Below are positions 11,790 to 24,225 of a DNA stretch of 64,000 nucleotides, one piece after another. Source of the stretch: Albugo candida (lineage: Eukaryota); contig JBDOQK010000036.1 of NCBI GenBank assembly GCA_040437565.1, forward strand, positions 124,001 through 188,000, in the 5' to 3' direction. The notes beneath the pieces are model-generated. The model did not search any database. It worked only from the letters and a program-made list of their open reading frames with translations, and was not told the origin of the DNA. How positions within the stretch are numbered: the first letter of the stretch is position 1; the number at the start of each line of letters is the position of its first letter. A program made the position numbers and the translations under genes.

Positions 11790-12595
11790 TTAACTTGCTT
11801 CTATCCACCACGACGTCAATCCAAGTCCATCTTCATCAATCGTTCCCTAGTTCATCATACAAACATGTGATGGTGAAACTTGTAGAATGCTTTAGCATTC
11901 TTACGAGAATTTGCATCGCTGACGGCGTGGGGTCACTATCAGACAGATCAACACTTGATAAACGTCTTCTTTTGTCATCTAAATTGCCCCTCTTGAGAGA
12001 CACTTTGTCGTTTTTTTCAGTTGACTCCGATGTTGTAGCTTGCATTCCTTTCGCTGTTTTATGAACTTGTGTGAAGTTGACATTGGTAACACGGAATCTT
12101 ATCTCCTCGTTCAGATCCATGTGAAATTTCTCCGCACTATCTGTAAATGTCCACACCCAGAGCCTTTCGTAGGTGTCACTAACATATACAAATATGAATC
12201 GCTTTGTAAACAAAATTAATCGAGAGGATACATTACAAATGGGAAGGAGTTTGAAGAGCATACGACGGGATCAATATATCCTGCATGAATTCCATGGTAA
12301 TGCGAATATGATTCTCATTACAGCTTAGAATTTTTCCTTTCAGGACTTCACCAATGAATGGGCGGAATACTATCATCCTGAACTCCACTTGTGTATGTGA
12401 ATCTCCTTCCGAGGGATGAATCAGTGCATCGCCAATCGCAATAAAGTCGTACACAGATATACACAGGCCAACATCAGCGATTACCTTATTGCAATACTTT
12501 CTGTCGATCTCTTCTTTCAGCACTTTTGTATAATCGCCATCAAATAGCATCGGGTGGATTGCAATCACATCAGAAATTCGAGTCAAGACAAACAT
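11790..12595 (-). CDS. POLR3H: RNA polymerase III subunit RPC25/RPC8 (3 exons)
   Basis: MFVLTRISDVIAIHP...NKVIADVGLCISVYD...FRMIVFRPFIGEVLKGKI. GT-AG intron 12236-12179. Terminal exon GTIDEDGLGLTSWW. Confidence 0.92.
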
Positions 12596-12727
12596 ACTGT
12601 GACAATTAACAAATCATATAACTGTATTCAGCATTATGCATGTGCTTTCAACCAATCATAAGGCGTATGGAGCTCCGGACCAAGCACTTCGGTTTACTAA
12701 CAGCGATGGAAACAGAGTATCATCGAT

Positions 12728-13285
12728 TCAGCAGCTGTAATACGTCTTTCTTCGCGTGACTTTCTTCGAGTGCTTCTGATTCATTCTATTGATTTGTTTG
12801 CCTTCGTACGCTTCAGCGCGCGCTTTATTTCTTTGCTTTTTCATTCGGTGCCGTCTTGTGCATTTATTAATTTTTCTGGGAGTGTATTGTAGTAGATCTT
12901 CGTGCAACTGCTCAAACCGACCTCGGGGTGCTTTTGAACCACCCTCGTTGTGAGGTCCGGGTTGCCTTGACTGAATATTTTCGATTGTTCGTAATTCTTC
13001 TTCGACTTTGCGCATTTGGAGTAGATCACGAGAAGCTGAGTACATCGCGTCCGCTTTTGCATCTTGAATGATTTTTAGACTAGAGAATGAATTCAGCATA
13101 TCATTACGCTTATTCGAATTCAGTGCATTTATATTGGGTACTTCATGATTTATTATTGTCCCACCAATACCAACAGATACACCTTCAGCCGCAGAGAGCG
13201 CAGTTTGGCTTCGCGCGAATTTGTCAGAGTCTTCGAAAGTTTTAGATAGCATCTCCGAGTGCGAGCTCGCTGCCGTTGTCTCCAT
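12728..13285 (-). CDS. Hypothetical protein with a basic K/R-rich C-terminus (possibly a nucleolar or ribosome-biogenesis factor)
   Basis: Intact ORF from ATG 13285 (METTAASS...) filling the space between RPC25 and HSP90. C-terminus KKQRNKARAEAYEGKQINRMNQKHSKK. Confidence 0.55.
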   Translation of the reverse strand: METTAASSHSEMLSKTFEDSDKFARSQTALSAAEGVSVGIGGTIINHEVPNINALNSNKRNDMLNSFSSLKIIQDAKADAMYSASRDLLQMRKVEEELRTIENIQSRQPGPHNEGGSKAPRGRFEQLHEDLLQYTPRKINKCTRRHRMKKQRNKARAEAYEGKQINRMNQKHSKKVTRRKTYYSC

Positions 13286-13930
13286 GCGATACCTTATGTC
13301 CTTCACACTAATTGGATCACAGTAGTCTACATTGCTGTGAAATCTCTCGCAAATCTCAATAGCCTGATGAGGTGTGACCCACCCTATTATCAACGCTTAG
13401 TGGCATGATAAGAACGATTCAATTTCCTCTCATTTCGCTTTTGGATTTTGCTTCAAATCCCAGAGAATTTCTTTAGTTTTTTATTGAACGAAACGCATCT
13501 TTCAATGCATGATGTCAAACTGGCTGAAGCACCCAATGATAAGAGACCACATTCGTTCAAAAAGGCTATGATGCTGGCGTGTATTAGTGGCTAGAGTAGA
13601 TTCCAACGGTCATCACCTAATGATCAGTCTAGCACAATCTGAAGTTTCATAAGCAATCACGCTTGAAAGAAGGGTTCCGCGAGCTGTGTTGTTTATGCAT
13701 CATAGGATTTTCTTTGTTTCTTGTCGTAGACAAAAGAGTATCGAATGTGTGATCGAGGGAGATAATTTGATTCGCGTCACATTTTACACATTGCGTCTTG
13801 ACACATCCGCCCGTCCAAATGATTATTGTGGACAGCATGTGAATCCTCTTACCGTCAAAGTACGTCAAGTCGAGGTCATGTTGAAGTGGTCACCATGACA
13901 AGAAACTCGCCAAAAAATAGATCTAGTTTG

Positions 13931-13938
13931 TTCTAGAA
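13931..13938 (+). promoter_or_regulatory. Heat-shock element core (TTCtaGAA) upstream of HSP90
   Basis: Inverted nGAAn pair inside the near-palindrome TTTGTTCTAGAAACAAA, ~185 bp before the HSP90 ATG. Confidence 0.45.
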
Positions 13939-14074
13939 ACAAATCACGTACTCTATCAAATCCTTTATTGTCTTGGGAAAGGTAGATAACCGAACTGGTC
14001 GCATCTCTCCTTTTCAACTGGAAAATGTGAGAAAACAAGCTGCAGTCTCGGTCTTGTTCAACTGACAAAAGCAT

Positions 14075-14087
14075 TCATTTTTCAATT
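14075..14087 (+). promoter_or_regulatory. Oomycete INR+FPR core promoter element
   Basis: TCATTTTTCAATT matches the oomycete consensus TCATTYYNCAWTT, ~30-45 bp upstream of the HSP90 ATG. Confidence 0.7.
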
Positions 14088-14118
14088 CCCTGACCTAAAT
14101 TGACACTAACGCTGAACT

Positions 14119-16224
14119 ATGAGCACTGAGACCGAAACTTTTGCATTCTCCACGGATATCAATCAACTATTGAGCTTGATTATCAATACGTTCTACTCCA
14201 ACAAAGACATCTTCTTACGCGAACTGATATCCAATGCGTCCGATGCGCTCGATAAGATTCGCTATCAATCACTCACTGATCCTTCCGTATTGGACACGGA
14301 CAAAAATTTGGAGATTAAGATCATTCCCGACAAATCGAATGGAACTTTGGTCATTCAAGACTCTGGAATCGGCATGACAAAAGCCGATTTGATCAATAAT
14401 CTTGGAACAATCGCAAAGTCGGGCACCAAAGCATTTATGGAGGCACTACAGGCTGGAGCCGATATCAGCATGATTGGGCAATTCGGTGTTGGATTCTATT
14501 CATCCTACTTGGTTGCTGATAAAGTGGTTGTACACTCGAAGCATAATGATGACCAGCAGTATGTATGGGAGTCAGCCGCTGGTGGATCATTCACGGTCAG
14601 TGTCGATCACTCGGAGCCGATTCCACGAGGTACAAGAATTGTACTTAGATTGAAGGATGATATGCTCGGTTATTTGGAGGAGCGCAAGCTTAAAGATTTA
14701 GTAAAAAAGCACTCAGAATTTATTGGATTTCCAATCAAATTATATGTGGAGAAAACGGAGGAAAAAGAAGTTTCTGATGATGAGGAGGAAGATGAAAAAG
14801 TAGACGAAAATACTCCGAAGATTGAAGAGGTGACGGAAGAACAAGATGAAAAGAAGAAGACAAAAATTATCAAAGAGGTTACACATGAGTGGGCCCATTT
14901 GAACAGTATGAAACCAATTTGGATGCGGAAGCCCGAAGAAGTGACGCACGAGGAGTACGCAGCGTTCTACAAGTCTCTCACGAACGATTGGGAAGAACAT
15001 GCAGCAGTGAAACATTTCTCAGTTGAAGGGCAGTTGGAGTTCAAAGCATGTCTTTTCACTCCGAAACGTGCTCCTTTCGATATGTTTGAAGGCGGCCTGA
15101 AGAAGAAAATGAACAATATCAAACTCTACGTTCGCCGTGTATTTATTATGGACAATTGCGAAGAGCTGATGCCAGAGTATCTCTCTTTTGTGAAAGGCGT
15201 AGTGGATTCGGAGGATCTACCATTGAATATCTCCAGAGAGACCTTGCAGCAAAACAAGATTTTACGAGTGATCAGGAAGAACCTTGTTAAGAAGTGCCTG
15301 GACATGTTTGAGGAGCTATCGGAGGATCCAGAAAAGTACAAGAGCTTCTATGAAGCATTCAGCAAAAACCTAAAGCTTGGTATCCATGAAGACTCGACAA
15401 ACCGAAACAGACTCGCTAAATTGCTGCGCTACTACTCCACAAAATCAGGAGAGGAAATGACTTCGCTTCAAGATTACATCTCACGAATGCCTGAGAACCA
15501 ACCTGGTATCTATTACGTGTCGGGAGAAAGCAGGAAAGCTATCAAAGATTCCCCTTTCATCGAGAAACTGAAGAAGAAAGGATATGAAGTTTTGTTTCTT
15601 GTGGATGCGATAGACGAGTATGCTGTTCAGCAGCTCAAGGAATTTGAGGGAAAGAAGCTCATATGCGCGACAAAAGAAGGATTGAACATAAATGAAACAG
15701 AAGAGGAAAAGAAGGCATTTGAAGAAGCAAAGGCAGCAACAACAGGATTGTGCACACTGATCAAAGAGATATTGAGCGATAAGATTGAAAAGGTCGAAGT
15801 CTCAAACCGTGTCGTGGAATCTCCATGTGTTCTCGTTACAGGTGAATACGGCTGGTCAGCGAATATGGAGCGGATCATGAAAGCTCAAGCTCTTCGTGAT
15901 TCTTCAACGGCATCGTACATGACACCAAAGAAAATAATGGAAATCAACCCAATGAATCCGATCATCAAAGCCCTTCGAGAGAAGGCTGACGTCGACAAGA
16001 CAGACAAGACTCTAAAAGACTTGATTTGGCTGTTGTACGATACGTCGTTGCTGACTTCCGGATTCAGCTTGGATGAGCCCAGAACTTTCGCGAATAGAAT
16101 CCATCGCCTTATCAAGCTTGGATTGAGTATTGACGATGATGATGTTGGAGTGGACAACGATATGGAAGATCTTCCACCATTGGAAGGCGGTGTGGAGCAA
16201 AGCACGATGGAAGAAGTAGATTAG
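14119..16224 (+). CDS. HSP90: Cytosolic heat shock protein 90 (intronless)
   Basis: [32 protein letters not shown]-terminal MEEVD. Confidence 0.99.
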   Translation: MSTETETFAFSTDINQLLSLIINTFYSNKDIFLRELISNASDALDKIRYQSLTDPSVLDTDKNLEIKIIPDKSNGTLVIQDSGIGMTKADLINNLGTIAKSGTKAFMEALQAGADISMIGQFGVGFYSSYLVADKVVVHSKHNDDQQYVWESAAGGSFTVSVDHSEPIPRGTRIVLRLKDDMLGYLEERKLKDLVKKHSEFIGFPIKLYVEKTEEKEVSDDEEEDEKVDENTPKIEEVTEEQDEKKKTKIIKEVTHEWAHLNSMKPIWMRKPEEVTHEEYAAFYKSLTNDWEEHAAVKHFSVEGQLEFKACLFTPKRAPFDMFEGGLKKKMNNIKLYVRRVFIMDNCEELMPEYLSFVKGVVDSEDLPLNISRETLQQNKILRVIRKNLVKKCLDMFEELSEDPEKYKSFYEAFSKNLKLGIHEDSTNRNRLAKLLRYYSTKSGEEMTSLQDYISRMPENQPGIYYVSGESRKAIKDSPFIEKLKKKGYEVLFLVDAIDEYAVQQLKEFEGKKLICATKEGLNINETEEEKKAFEEAKAATTGLCTLIKEILSDKIEKVEVSNRVVESPCVLVTGEYGWSANMERIMKAQALRDSSTASYMTPKKIMEINPMNPIIKALREKADVDKTDKTLKDLIWLLYDTSLLTSGFSLDEPRTFANRIHRLIKLGLSIDDDDVGVDNDMEDLPPLEGGVEQSTMEEVD

Positions 16225-16341
16225 GATCGTTTTTTCTTCTTAATTTTTATGTGAATGGTTTTGACCAATTGATTGCTTCATAACTTACAAAGATACGAAT
16301 TTGTTTCAACGAACATTTTCATTCAAGCTGTCAGAATAAGA

Positions 16342-18697
16342 ATGCTACGATTCGCCCTTGCTCATCACGTGTCACTGCGGCCTCTACTCAAAGGTTTGAT
16401 GCTTTATGTATGATAGGCCCTACTGACGGTCTCCTATTATGTAAAAGGGAACACGCTTGTCCAACGACTGTCTGCGGTATCTTTTTCGGGTGATTATTTA
16501 TCGATTGAGACCAGAGACAATGGAGTTGCTGTCGTACGTCTCGACGATAAAAAAACAAAAGTGAACACACTTTCAGCTAATATGACGGAAGAGATTGTCA
16601 AAATGCTCAAGAGTGTGGAGGAAAACGAAAAGATTAAATCTGTTGTTCTTATATCGGGCAAAGTCGGGCCAATGTCACTTTTTCATCATAGATTGTTTAT
16701 TAACTTTTTCTTGGTAGCCTGGATCGTTTATAGCTGGTGCTGATATTGCACAATTGAACGCATGCAAGACCGAAGAAGAAATGAAGGCTCTATCTGTTCA
16801 AGGCCAGGAATTCCTTGGACAAATAGCAAACTCCAAAAAGCCATTTGTGGCAGCAATAAATGGATCATGTTTAGGTGGTGGATTGGAGGTTGCTTTAGCA
16901 TGTCATTATCGAATCGCTACTCCCAGTAAAAAAACTCAGCTGGGTCTTCCCGAAGTGATGCTTGGTCTGCTTCCGGGTGCAGGAGGAACTCAACGTTTGC
17001 CCCAATTGATTGGATTGCAAGCCTCTCTGGATTTGATGCTTACGGGTAAAAATGTGCGCCCAGACAAGGCTAAGAAACTTGGACTGGTTGATCAACTTGC
17101 AGATCAGTATGCTTTGGAGAATGCAGCAATCAGTGCTGCGGAACAGCTCGCGTCAGGATCACTGAAACATACAAAGAAGAAGAAAAGTCTACTGAATAAG
17201 ATTTTAGAAGATACACCAGTGCGATCTATCGTTTTCAAAAAAGCACTCGAAATGGTTGAGAAGAAAACTGGCGGACATTATCCAGCCCCAAAAAAAATCC
17301 TGGAAAGTGTTCAAGCAGGTATCGAGGGAGGCATGAAAAAAGGATTAGAAGTTGAAGCCAGTAATTTCGGAAAGCTGGGTATGACAAGTGAGGCCAAGGC
17401 ACTCATGAATATCTTTTTTGGTCAAACCCAACTGAAAAAAAATCGATTTGGAACGACCGAGAAAAAGGTAAAGACGATCGGGGTCATTGGCGCAGGTTTG
17501 ATGGGCGCGGGAATCGCTCAAGTATCTGCCACAAAAGACTTTCGTGTGCTACTCAAAGATACAAATGCAAAAGCGTCCTCACGTGGGGAAGAAATGATCC
17601 GTAAAGAGTTGGAAGAAAAAGTCAAGCGAAGAAGCATGACCACCTACGAGCGAGACACAACAATGGCTCGTGTATTTGGGTTATCGGATGAAGATGATGT
17701 ATGGAAAAAGCATATCAAGGATGCTGATTTGATCGTGGAGGCCGTTTTCGAAGACATGGCTTTAAAGCATCGAGTCATCAGCGGTCTAGAGCCATACTTA
17801 AGTGATGACTGCATCATTGCAACCAATACGTCAGCCTTATCCGTTGCTGAGATTGCACAAGGCAGCAAGCGCCCACAAAATGTACTTGGGATGCACTACT
17901 TTTCTCCAGTTCCAAAAATGCCGCTGTTGGAAATCATACTTCACGACAAAACCTCACAAGACGTTGCGGCAAGAGCCATGGATGTTGGATTGCGTCAAGG
18001 AAAGACATGTATCGTGGTCAAAGATGTGCCGGGCTTCTATGTCAACCGTTGTCTGGGACCCTACATTGCCGAAACACTCTCTCTTGTTGAAGCTGGCATT
18101 CAGCCTGATCATCTGGATAACCTCATCACAAAGTGGGGACTTCCTGTGGGTCCAATCACACTCGGTGACGAGGTGGGTGTCGATGTCAGCGCACATGTGA
18201 ACCATACACTCAGTAAAGCTCTTGGAGTTCGAATGCGGGGCGGTGATCCCAAGATATTCGAGGATTTGGTCGCAAATCAAATGCTCGGTAAAAAGACCGG
18301 ACAGGGATTTTACATTCAGCCGAAAAACAAGAAGGAAAAAAAACGACTGAATCCCAAAGCGATGGAAATTTTAAAGAAATACCAGAAATCGAATCTTCAG
18401 ATTTCAGACGACGATGTGGTCAATCGCCTCATCGGTCGATTTATCAATGAGGCTATTTTATGTGTGCAAGATGAGATAATTGCTTCGCCTACGGAAGGAG
18501 ACATTGGAGCTGTTTTTGGAATAGGATTCCCGCCATTCCTTGGTGGTCCCTTCCGTTACGTCGACAAAATAGGCAGCGCGAATTTTTGTCAAATGATGCA
18601 ACGATTTGCATCAAATTATGGAGAACAATTTGAACCAGCACCGCTTCTCCAAGATATGGCCAAAAACAATAAGAAATTCCACGGAGCTGAGTCCTAA
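16342..18697 (+). CDS. HADHA: Mitochondrial trifunctional enzyme alpha subunit (enoyl-CoA hydratase / 3-hydroxyacyl-CoA dehydrogenase), short 5' introns
   Basis: Targeting-like start MLRFALAHH. GSCLGGGLEVALACHYR, LPEVMLGLLPGAGGTQRL, GAGLMGAGIA, GMHYFSPV, GIGFPPFLGGPF. Confidence 0.95.
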
Positions 18698-18891
18698 AGT
18701 GATTGTCGTAGTGAAATTCGTAATGGAAGGAACTTCGTGTTGTGTTAATTTTATGTCGTACCACATGATTTAAGGGATCATCCCGGTGTGATGGGGGTAT
18801 TACTCCATTTGCGATCTGGTGGTTTTCTAGATCGTACTTAGCAATTGTCACTGTGGAAGAATTAAAAAGTCTCCCCACTGAGAAAGCGAAC

Positions 18892-20351
18892 ATGTCGAAG
18901 ATTTACGTTGGTAATTTAACCAGTGATTTTGATGAACGCGATCTGGAAGCTGGCTTTGAAAAGGTTGGATACTCGAAAGAGATTAGAACTTCTTTTTAGT
19001 GAAGATACCATGGAATGGTGTTCAAATTCATTCTAAAATTAATTACTTATATATCATTGGAATGGATATTAGTTTGGTAGAATTGAGTCGTGCGCGGTCA
19101 AACGTGGTTATGGATTCGTAAATTTTCGGGACGATCATGCCGCTGAAGTACGTTACAGTTGCATGCGTTGGCCTTTAATAAATATTCTAAATGTTGTGTC
19201 TATATACTAAATATTGGAATACTGTAGGAAGCTTTGCGGGAAATGGACGATACCGAACTCAAAGGCCGTCGGATTCGTGTCGCATACGCAAACTCTGGAT
19301 CGTACAGTACTTCCCGTCGAGAAAGACCTGAGCAAACTCGAGAAAATGGGCCTGTTTCAAGAAATCTGTTTGTGGCCAACATTCCACCAAATGTTCGTCT
19401 GCGTGAATTGGAAGAGTTTTTTGAACGTTATGGAAAAGGTGTGCATCTATTATTTATACATTGGCGTTCTGTTCTTTTCATGCACTGCTGGTACTTTGGG
19501 CATGGCACAAAGTTGGCATGTGCTTGCATGTTGTCGCTTTATATGTTATGATGTGGTGGCTGTTACGTTGTCTCATTGGAATTTTGGCTTGTTTGTTTAT
19601 TATGTATTGCGATTACTAGTTCAAAATGTGAAAATACTGCCACAAGTCAAAGGTAATGTGACTATGTCAGCGTTTGTGGATTTCAGTACCGAAGTCGAAG
19701 CCGAAAGCGCGCACACTGCCGAATTGGTACTGGATGGAAAGTGCCTTCGAACGGATTATAACTTTCGCAAGTATGTGGATGGAATATTATTGTCTTTTAT
19801 ATGGAGTGCTGGATGGAATAGTGGATATATCATAATTTTTTTTGAATTGGGTGTGTAGAGGTGACCGACGGCGAGAGCGTAGCACTAGTCGAGACCAAGG
19901 CGCAGATAAGCGATACCGAGAAAGTCACGAGCCTCGGCGAGGATATCAACGCGCTGGAAACCGTAGTCCAACGGAACGTTATCGATCCGATCGAGACCGG
20001 TCTCATGGACGCAATGAACGACGTGAGCCATCACCTCGTCGTCGATCCGAGCATGAACATCCACGTTCTCGTGAACCGATGACGAGGAGAGAACGTGACT
20101 TTTCACGATCGGCTGAACGAGAAAGAGGAGGAGAACGGCGTCGTCCATCACCTGGACCTCGGTCGAGCAGGAGTCCACGTCGTGACATAGATTACGATCG
20201 TCGACGTCCAGCTTCACCACCGCCACGAACTCAAAGTCCGCGTGGATACTCGGATTCTTATCGCAATGGTGGAGAGCGAGAAAGAGGCTCTAAATCACCT
20301 GATCGTGATGAATATCGCCAACGTCGAAGCCGTGACAAGAGAAGCTTGTAA
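18892..20351 (+). CDS. SR-like RNA-binding protein (2 RRMs plus R/S/D/E-rich tail), 5 exons
   Basis: MSKIYVGNL (RNP2), KRGYGFVNF (RNP1), second RRM NLFVANIPP...SAFVDF, tail of RS/RE/SP dipeptides. GT-AG introns ~18964-19071, 19148-19227, 19439-19619, 19771-19858. Confidence 0.85.
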
Positions 20352-20738
20352 GGCCTCACGCTTTTTCCGTTGTCTGCTCTTTTGTTTACATGCATATATG
20401 TAGCTCACCCCCTCCAAGGCGATCCAATCGCAGCCAGAGTCGGTCAAGGAACTGAGTTGCATCGGCAACGGAATCATCTGTTTGACCGTCAAACATGCGC
20501 TATCTTCTATTCATGACAGATTGCTAGGGTCGATAATGTCATAAAACGCATACTTTGCAAAATATTTTGACGTTTTTGACAGGGTTATTCTATNNNNNNN
20601 NNNNNNNNNNNNNNNNNNNNNNNNNNNNNNNNNNNNNNNNNNNNNNNNNNNNNNNNNNNNNNNNNNNNNNNNNNNNNNNNNNNNNNNNNNNNNTGCAAAA
20701 TATTTTGACGTTTTTGACAGGGTTATTCTATCTCTTGA

Positions 20739-21220
20739 ATGAGTGCCGACACGACTGCTAAGGTATTTCTCGCACAATTGAGTGCTTGCGTACACTTGGC
20801 TGGACAAACGGAACTGAACGGCAAAAGCGTGTCGCGCTTTTGGATACAGGTTTTTCGGATTCCTTACAGACAGCTTACCGAGTCATGATGCAGGCTTGTA
20901 TATAGGGTATTGTAGTGTGGCTTACATCAGAGTCGGAGGAATGCGTCATCGATGACGGGAGCGGTCTTATTTTAATCGATCTGAGACACTTTAACAGAGC
21001 CAAACCATCCGACTATGCGTATAGCATCACAGTGGGAGAGTACTGGATGTTTATTGGACCTCTACGACCTCATATTTTAACGCAAATGGAGCAGAAAGAT
21101 GTGATGCGGATCGAACATGGGCTCCTGGCCCATCAGAGGATCAATTTAAACGATATTGCGCAGGAGAGAGAAACGTTGTGGTTTCTAGAAGTCACTGAAT
21201 ATTGGCGCACTGTTCTTTGA
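20739..21220 (+). CDS. RMI2: RecQ-mediated genome instability protein 2 (OB fold), 2 exons
   Basis: MSADTTAKVFLAQL...RFWIQ|GIVV...IDDGSG...GEYWMFIG...RETLWFLEV matches the RMI2 pattern (KV..QL, WMQG.V, G.YVMV.G, E.MW.LEV). Intron 20850-20905. Confidence 0.75.
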
Positions 21221-21293
21221 GAAGAAAAGCACTTATTTCTATTTGAAGCAAAAAGTTGAATTTAGCAATCTTCTCCTTTTTTGCGCTGCTTTC

Positions 21294-22783
21294 TCATTCA
21301 GCCTTTGGTTTGTTGACGGAGTCCCCGGCGGGTGGATGTGTGGCGTCGCTGCCACGCTGCTTTTTGTGCTTTGAGTATTCATCGTCGCTCAGACAGTAAT
21401 CCAGCAGCGCGACCAAGATGGCAACGAAAAGTGCAATCATCAAAATACCGGAGAAGATTGCCATTACCGTGTGCTCGGTCGCCCACTCCTACCGTTCTAG
21501 TTCAGTAATCTGTTCCCTAATCGATGGATAAACAACGTACAATCATCGTGTCGACCACACTGGAGAAGAATGTCTCATCTGGGATCGGTCCCACTGGTGT
21601 GGCTGCTTTGTGACCGGTGCTGATAAATTCCACAAGGCTGGGAAAAGGGATGAGAAATGCATCACAACGATTGTCAAATGAAACTTACGCGTTGACATTT
21701 CGGGGTCCTTGATACTTGTAGATTTGCCCATCGCTTACAAAAAATAGGGTCGGGTATCCATTGACACCAAAACGGGAGCATACGCGACGATGAACCGTGC
21801 AGTCCACCTTTATGAATTAATTAGTTCCCATTGTAACCAGCCGATGCAGCCAACCTTTCCCACTCGAGCATTTTCATTCCGTTCTCGCAGCACTAGACTC
21901 AGCTGATTCCAAGTTGGAGCCTGCAGACTTGTGAGTGAGAGTGATCATCATTTGGCTGAAGCATACCAAACGACGACAATGTCCACACCAAGGCGCATAG
22001 AATTTTATGATCCAGGATTCCTTACTCTTCTTGATAAGACTTTCAAAGTTACTGGAGCTTATCGACACCACTGAGCTTGATCGCTCGGCCTCTTCCTGTT
22101 CGGCTGCAAGCTTCTGTCTTCGTTCCACTGATAGCGGTCCGAAACGATGAATTAATGCGTTTTGCGTTAGAGCAAATAGACTTTGAAGTACCGAATTCAG
22201 AATGCGATAGAACTTTTTCGGCTTCCGCTCTCTATATAAAAGATGTGTCAGACACGAAAAAGCGTTTCGTCCTCGAGTCGCACCTTGTATCCAGTCTTGA
22301 CGAATTCCAGCAGTGAGTTCACTTCACGATTTCCCGAGTAATCGTAAAATTGACTCTGATCGATAACTTTTAGCGTCGGGTACGATTGCACACCAAAACG
22401 CTCACAAATTTGTGGTTCTGCAGTGCAATCAACTTTGCCAACACGCACAGCGGAATCCTAATCAAATTTTATCATGATTATCCTCATGAGTATTTAAATT
22501 ATGAGATTAATACGGCGAGTCGAGAATCAACAGATAGACTGTTGATCGTAGGCTCCAATTTTTTGCAGTGACCACACCAAGGCGCATAAAACTTGACAAG
22601 CCAAACTCCGGCTTGTATCTCGTTGTCAAAACTCTCGGACGTTAATTGCACGACTGATGTTTCCGCATTCTAATACAAATGGTTTACGATAACTGAAAGT
22701 GATACTATTCAGAAGATACTAACGATTTGCAAACTTGTGAGGGAGCAGAGCGCTGCTAGAAGCAAAAACAAGCGGCGTTCCAT
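21294..22783 (-). CDS. Membrane-anchored protein disulfide isomerase / TMX-like thioredoxin (multi-exon)
   Basis: Signal peptide MERRLFLLLAAL, two FYAPWCGHC thioredoxin domains, C-terminal TM helix and KxKxx-type ER retrieval tail KPKAE*. Confidence 0.85.
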
Positions 22784-22863
22784 GACTCGCGTTTTTTTTG
22801 CGTGTCGTATGTTTGTTTTCTAAAACGTTTTATTCGATTTGATATAAATACAGAACACTTTTT

Positions 22864-22872
22864 AGCCAATCA
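22864..22872. promoter_or_regulatory. CCAAT box in a 169-bp bidirectional promoter (PDI / PSMB5)
   Basis: AGCCAATCA midway between divergent ATGs at 22783 and 22953. Confidence 0.5.
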
Positions 22873-22952
22873 TTGTCGCATTTGATTATAAAAGATTGAG
22901 GTCAGGTATAGATTTTCAAGGTATATCTTCTTAGTGATCGCCTTAAAATCCA

Positions 22953-24142
22953 ATGTCAGTTGTGTCCTTGCCACATTTACGCGCAGGAAGGCGTGGAGCG
23001 AATATCACGTATGGAGGAGCGATGAATGATATGCATGCCGAAAGTGGCGCAGATTATTCCCCTCCAATCACCATGCAGTCGAGTGCATCTATGATGAACG
23101 TCCAAGGCGGCTTTTTATTGCCTGCGGTAATGGATCCTGCTGAATACTGTCGTACCAACTTGAAGATCAAGTACGATGAGGATAATTCACAGACTTTAAA
23201 GTTCGAGAAAGGAACCACTACTTTAGCGTTTATTTACCAAAATGGCATCATCGTAGCGGTTGATTCGCGCTCGACTATGGGGCCATTTATCGCTTCTCAA
23301 AAAGTAAAGAAAATCAATGAAATCAATGAGTACATTCTTGCAACAATCGCTGGTGGGGCAGCGGATTGTCAATTTTGGCAGCGGAATCTTTCCGTACAAT
23401 GTCGTATGTTTGAATTGCGAAATCGTCATCGCATTTCTGTTCGTGCAGCGTCTAAGCTGATTGCCAACACTTGCAACTATTACAAGCGATACGGAATGTC
23501 TTTGGGGATGATGATGATGGGCTATGACAACGGAAAGCCAACGCTCTATTATGTCGACGATGAAGGCTCACGCATGCGTGCGAGTGACAAAACGCCAAGA
23601 TTCTCGGTGGGCTCCGGATCGACTTATGCGTATGGTANNNNNNNNNNNNNNNNNNNNNNNNNNNNNNNNNNNNNNNNNNNNNNNNNNNNNNNNNNNNNNN
23701 NNNNNNNNNNNNNNNNNNNNNNNNNNNNNNNNNNNNNATTTCTGTTCGTGCAGCGTCTAAGCTGATTGCCAACACTTGCAACTATTACAAGCGATACGGA
23801 ATGTCTTTGGGGATGATGATGATGGGCTATGACAACGGAAAGCCAACGCTCTATTATGTCGACGATGAAGGCTCACGCATGCGTGCGAGTGACAAAACGC
23901 CAAGATTCTCGGTGGGCTCCGGATCGACTTATGCGTATGGTATTCTGGACAGCGATTGGCGATGGGATCTTACGGATGAAGAAGCAATTGCGCTTGGAAC
24001 GAAAGCGATCTATCATGCAACCCACCGCGACGCATACAGTGGAGGAATTTGCAACGTCTACATGTTCAAAGAAGACGGATATCGCCACGTTGTCTCAAAA
24101 GATGTCGACGAAATGCACGATCATTCCAAGGACGCGCAGTAA
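22953..24142 (+). CDS. PSMB5: 20S proteasome subunit beta-5 (split by a gap with duplicated flanks)
   Basis: Propeptide then [47 protein letters not shown]. Confidence 0.96.
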
Positions 24143-24225
24143 GCTTATGTTTGCGGCAAAAGTAATGTCCAAGAATGAATGCTTTGTGACTCCTAAAAGC
24201 TTTTCTCCAAACCTTTTTTTTCTGC

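Noticed and set aside
13400-13650. Possible C/D snoRNAs (ATGATG...CTGA motifs) upstream of HSP90, also near 57640-57717
   Set aside because: Box spacing, terminal stems and rRNA-complementary guides could not be demonstrated.
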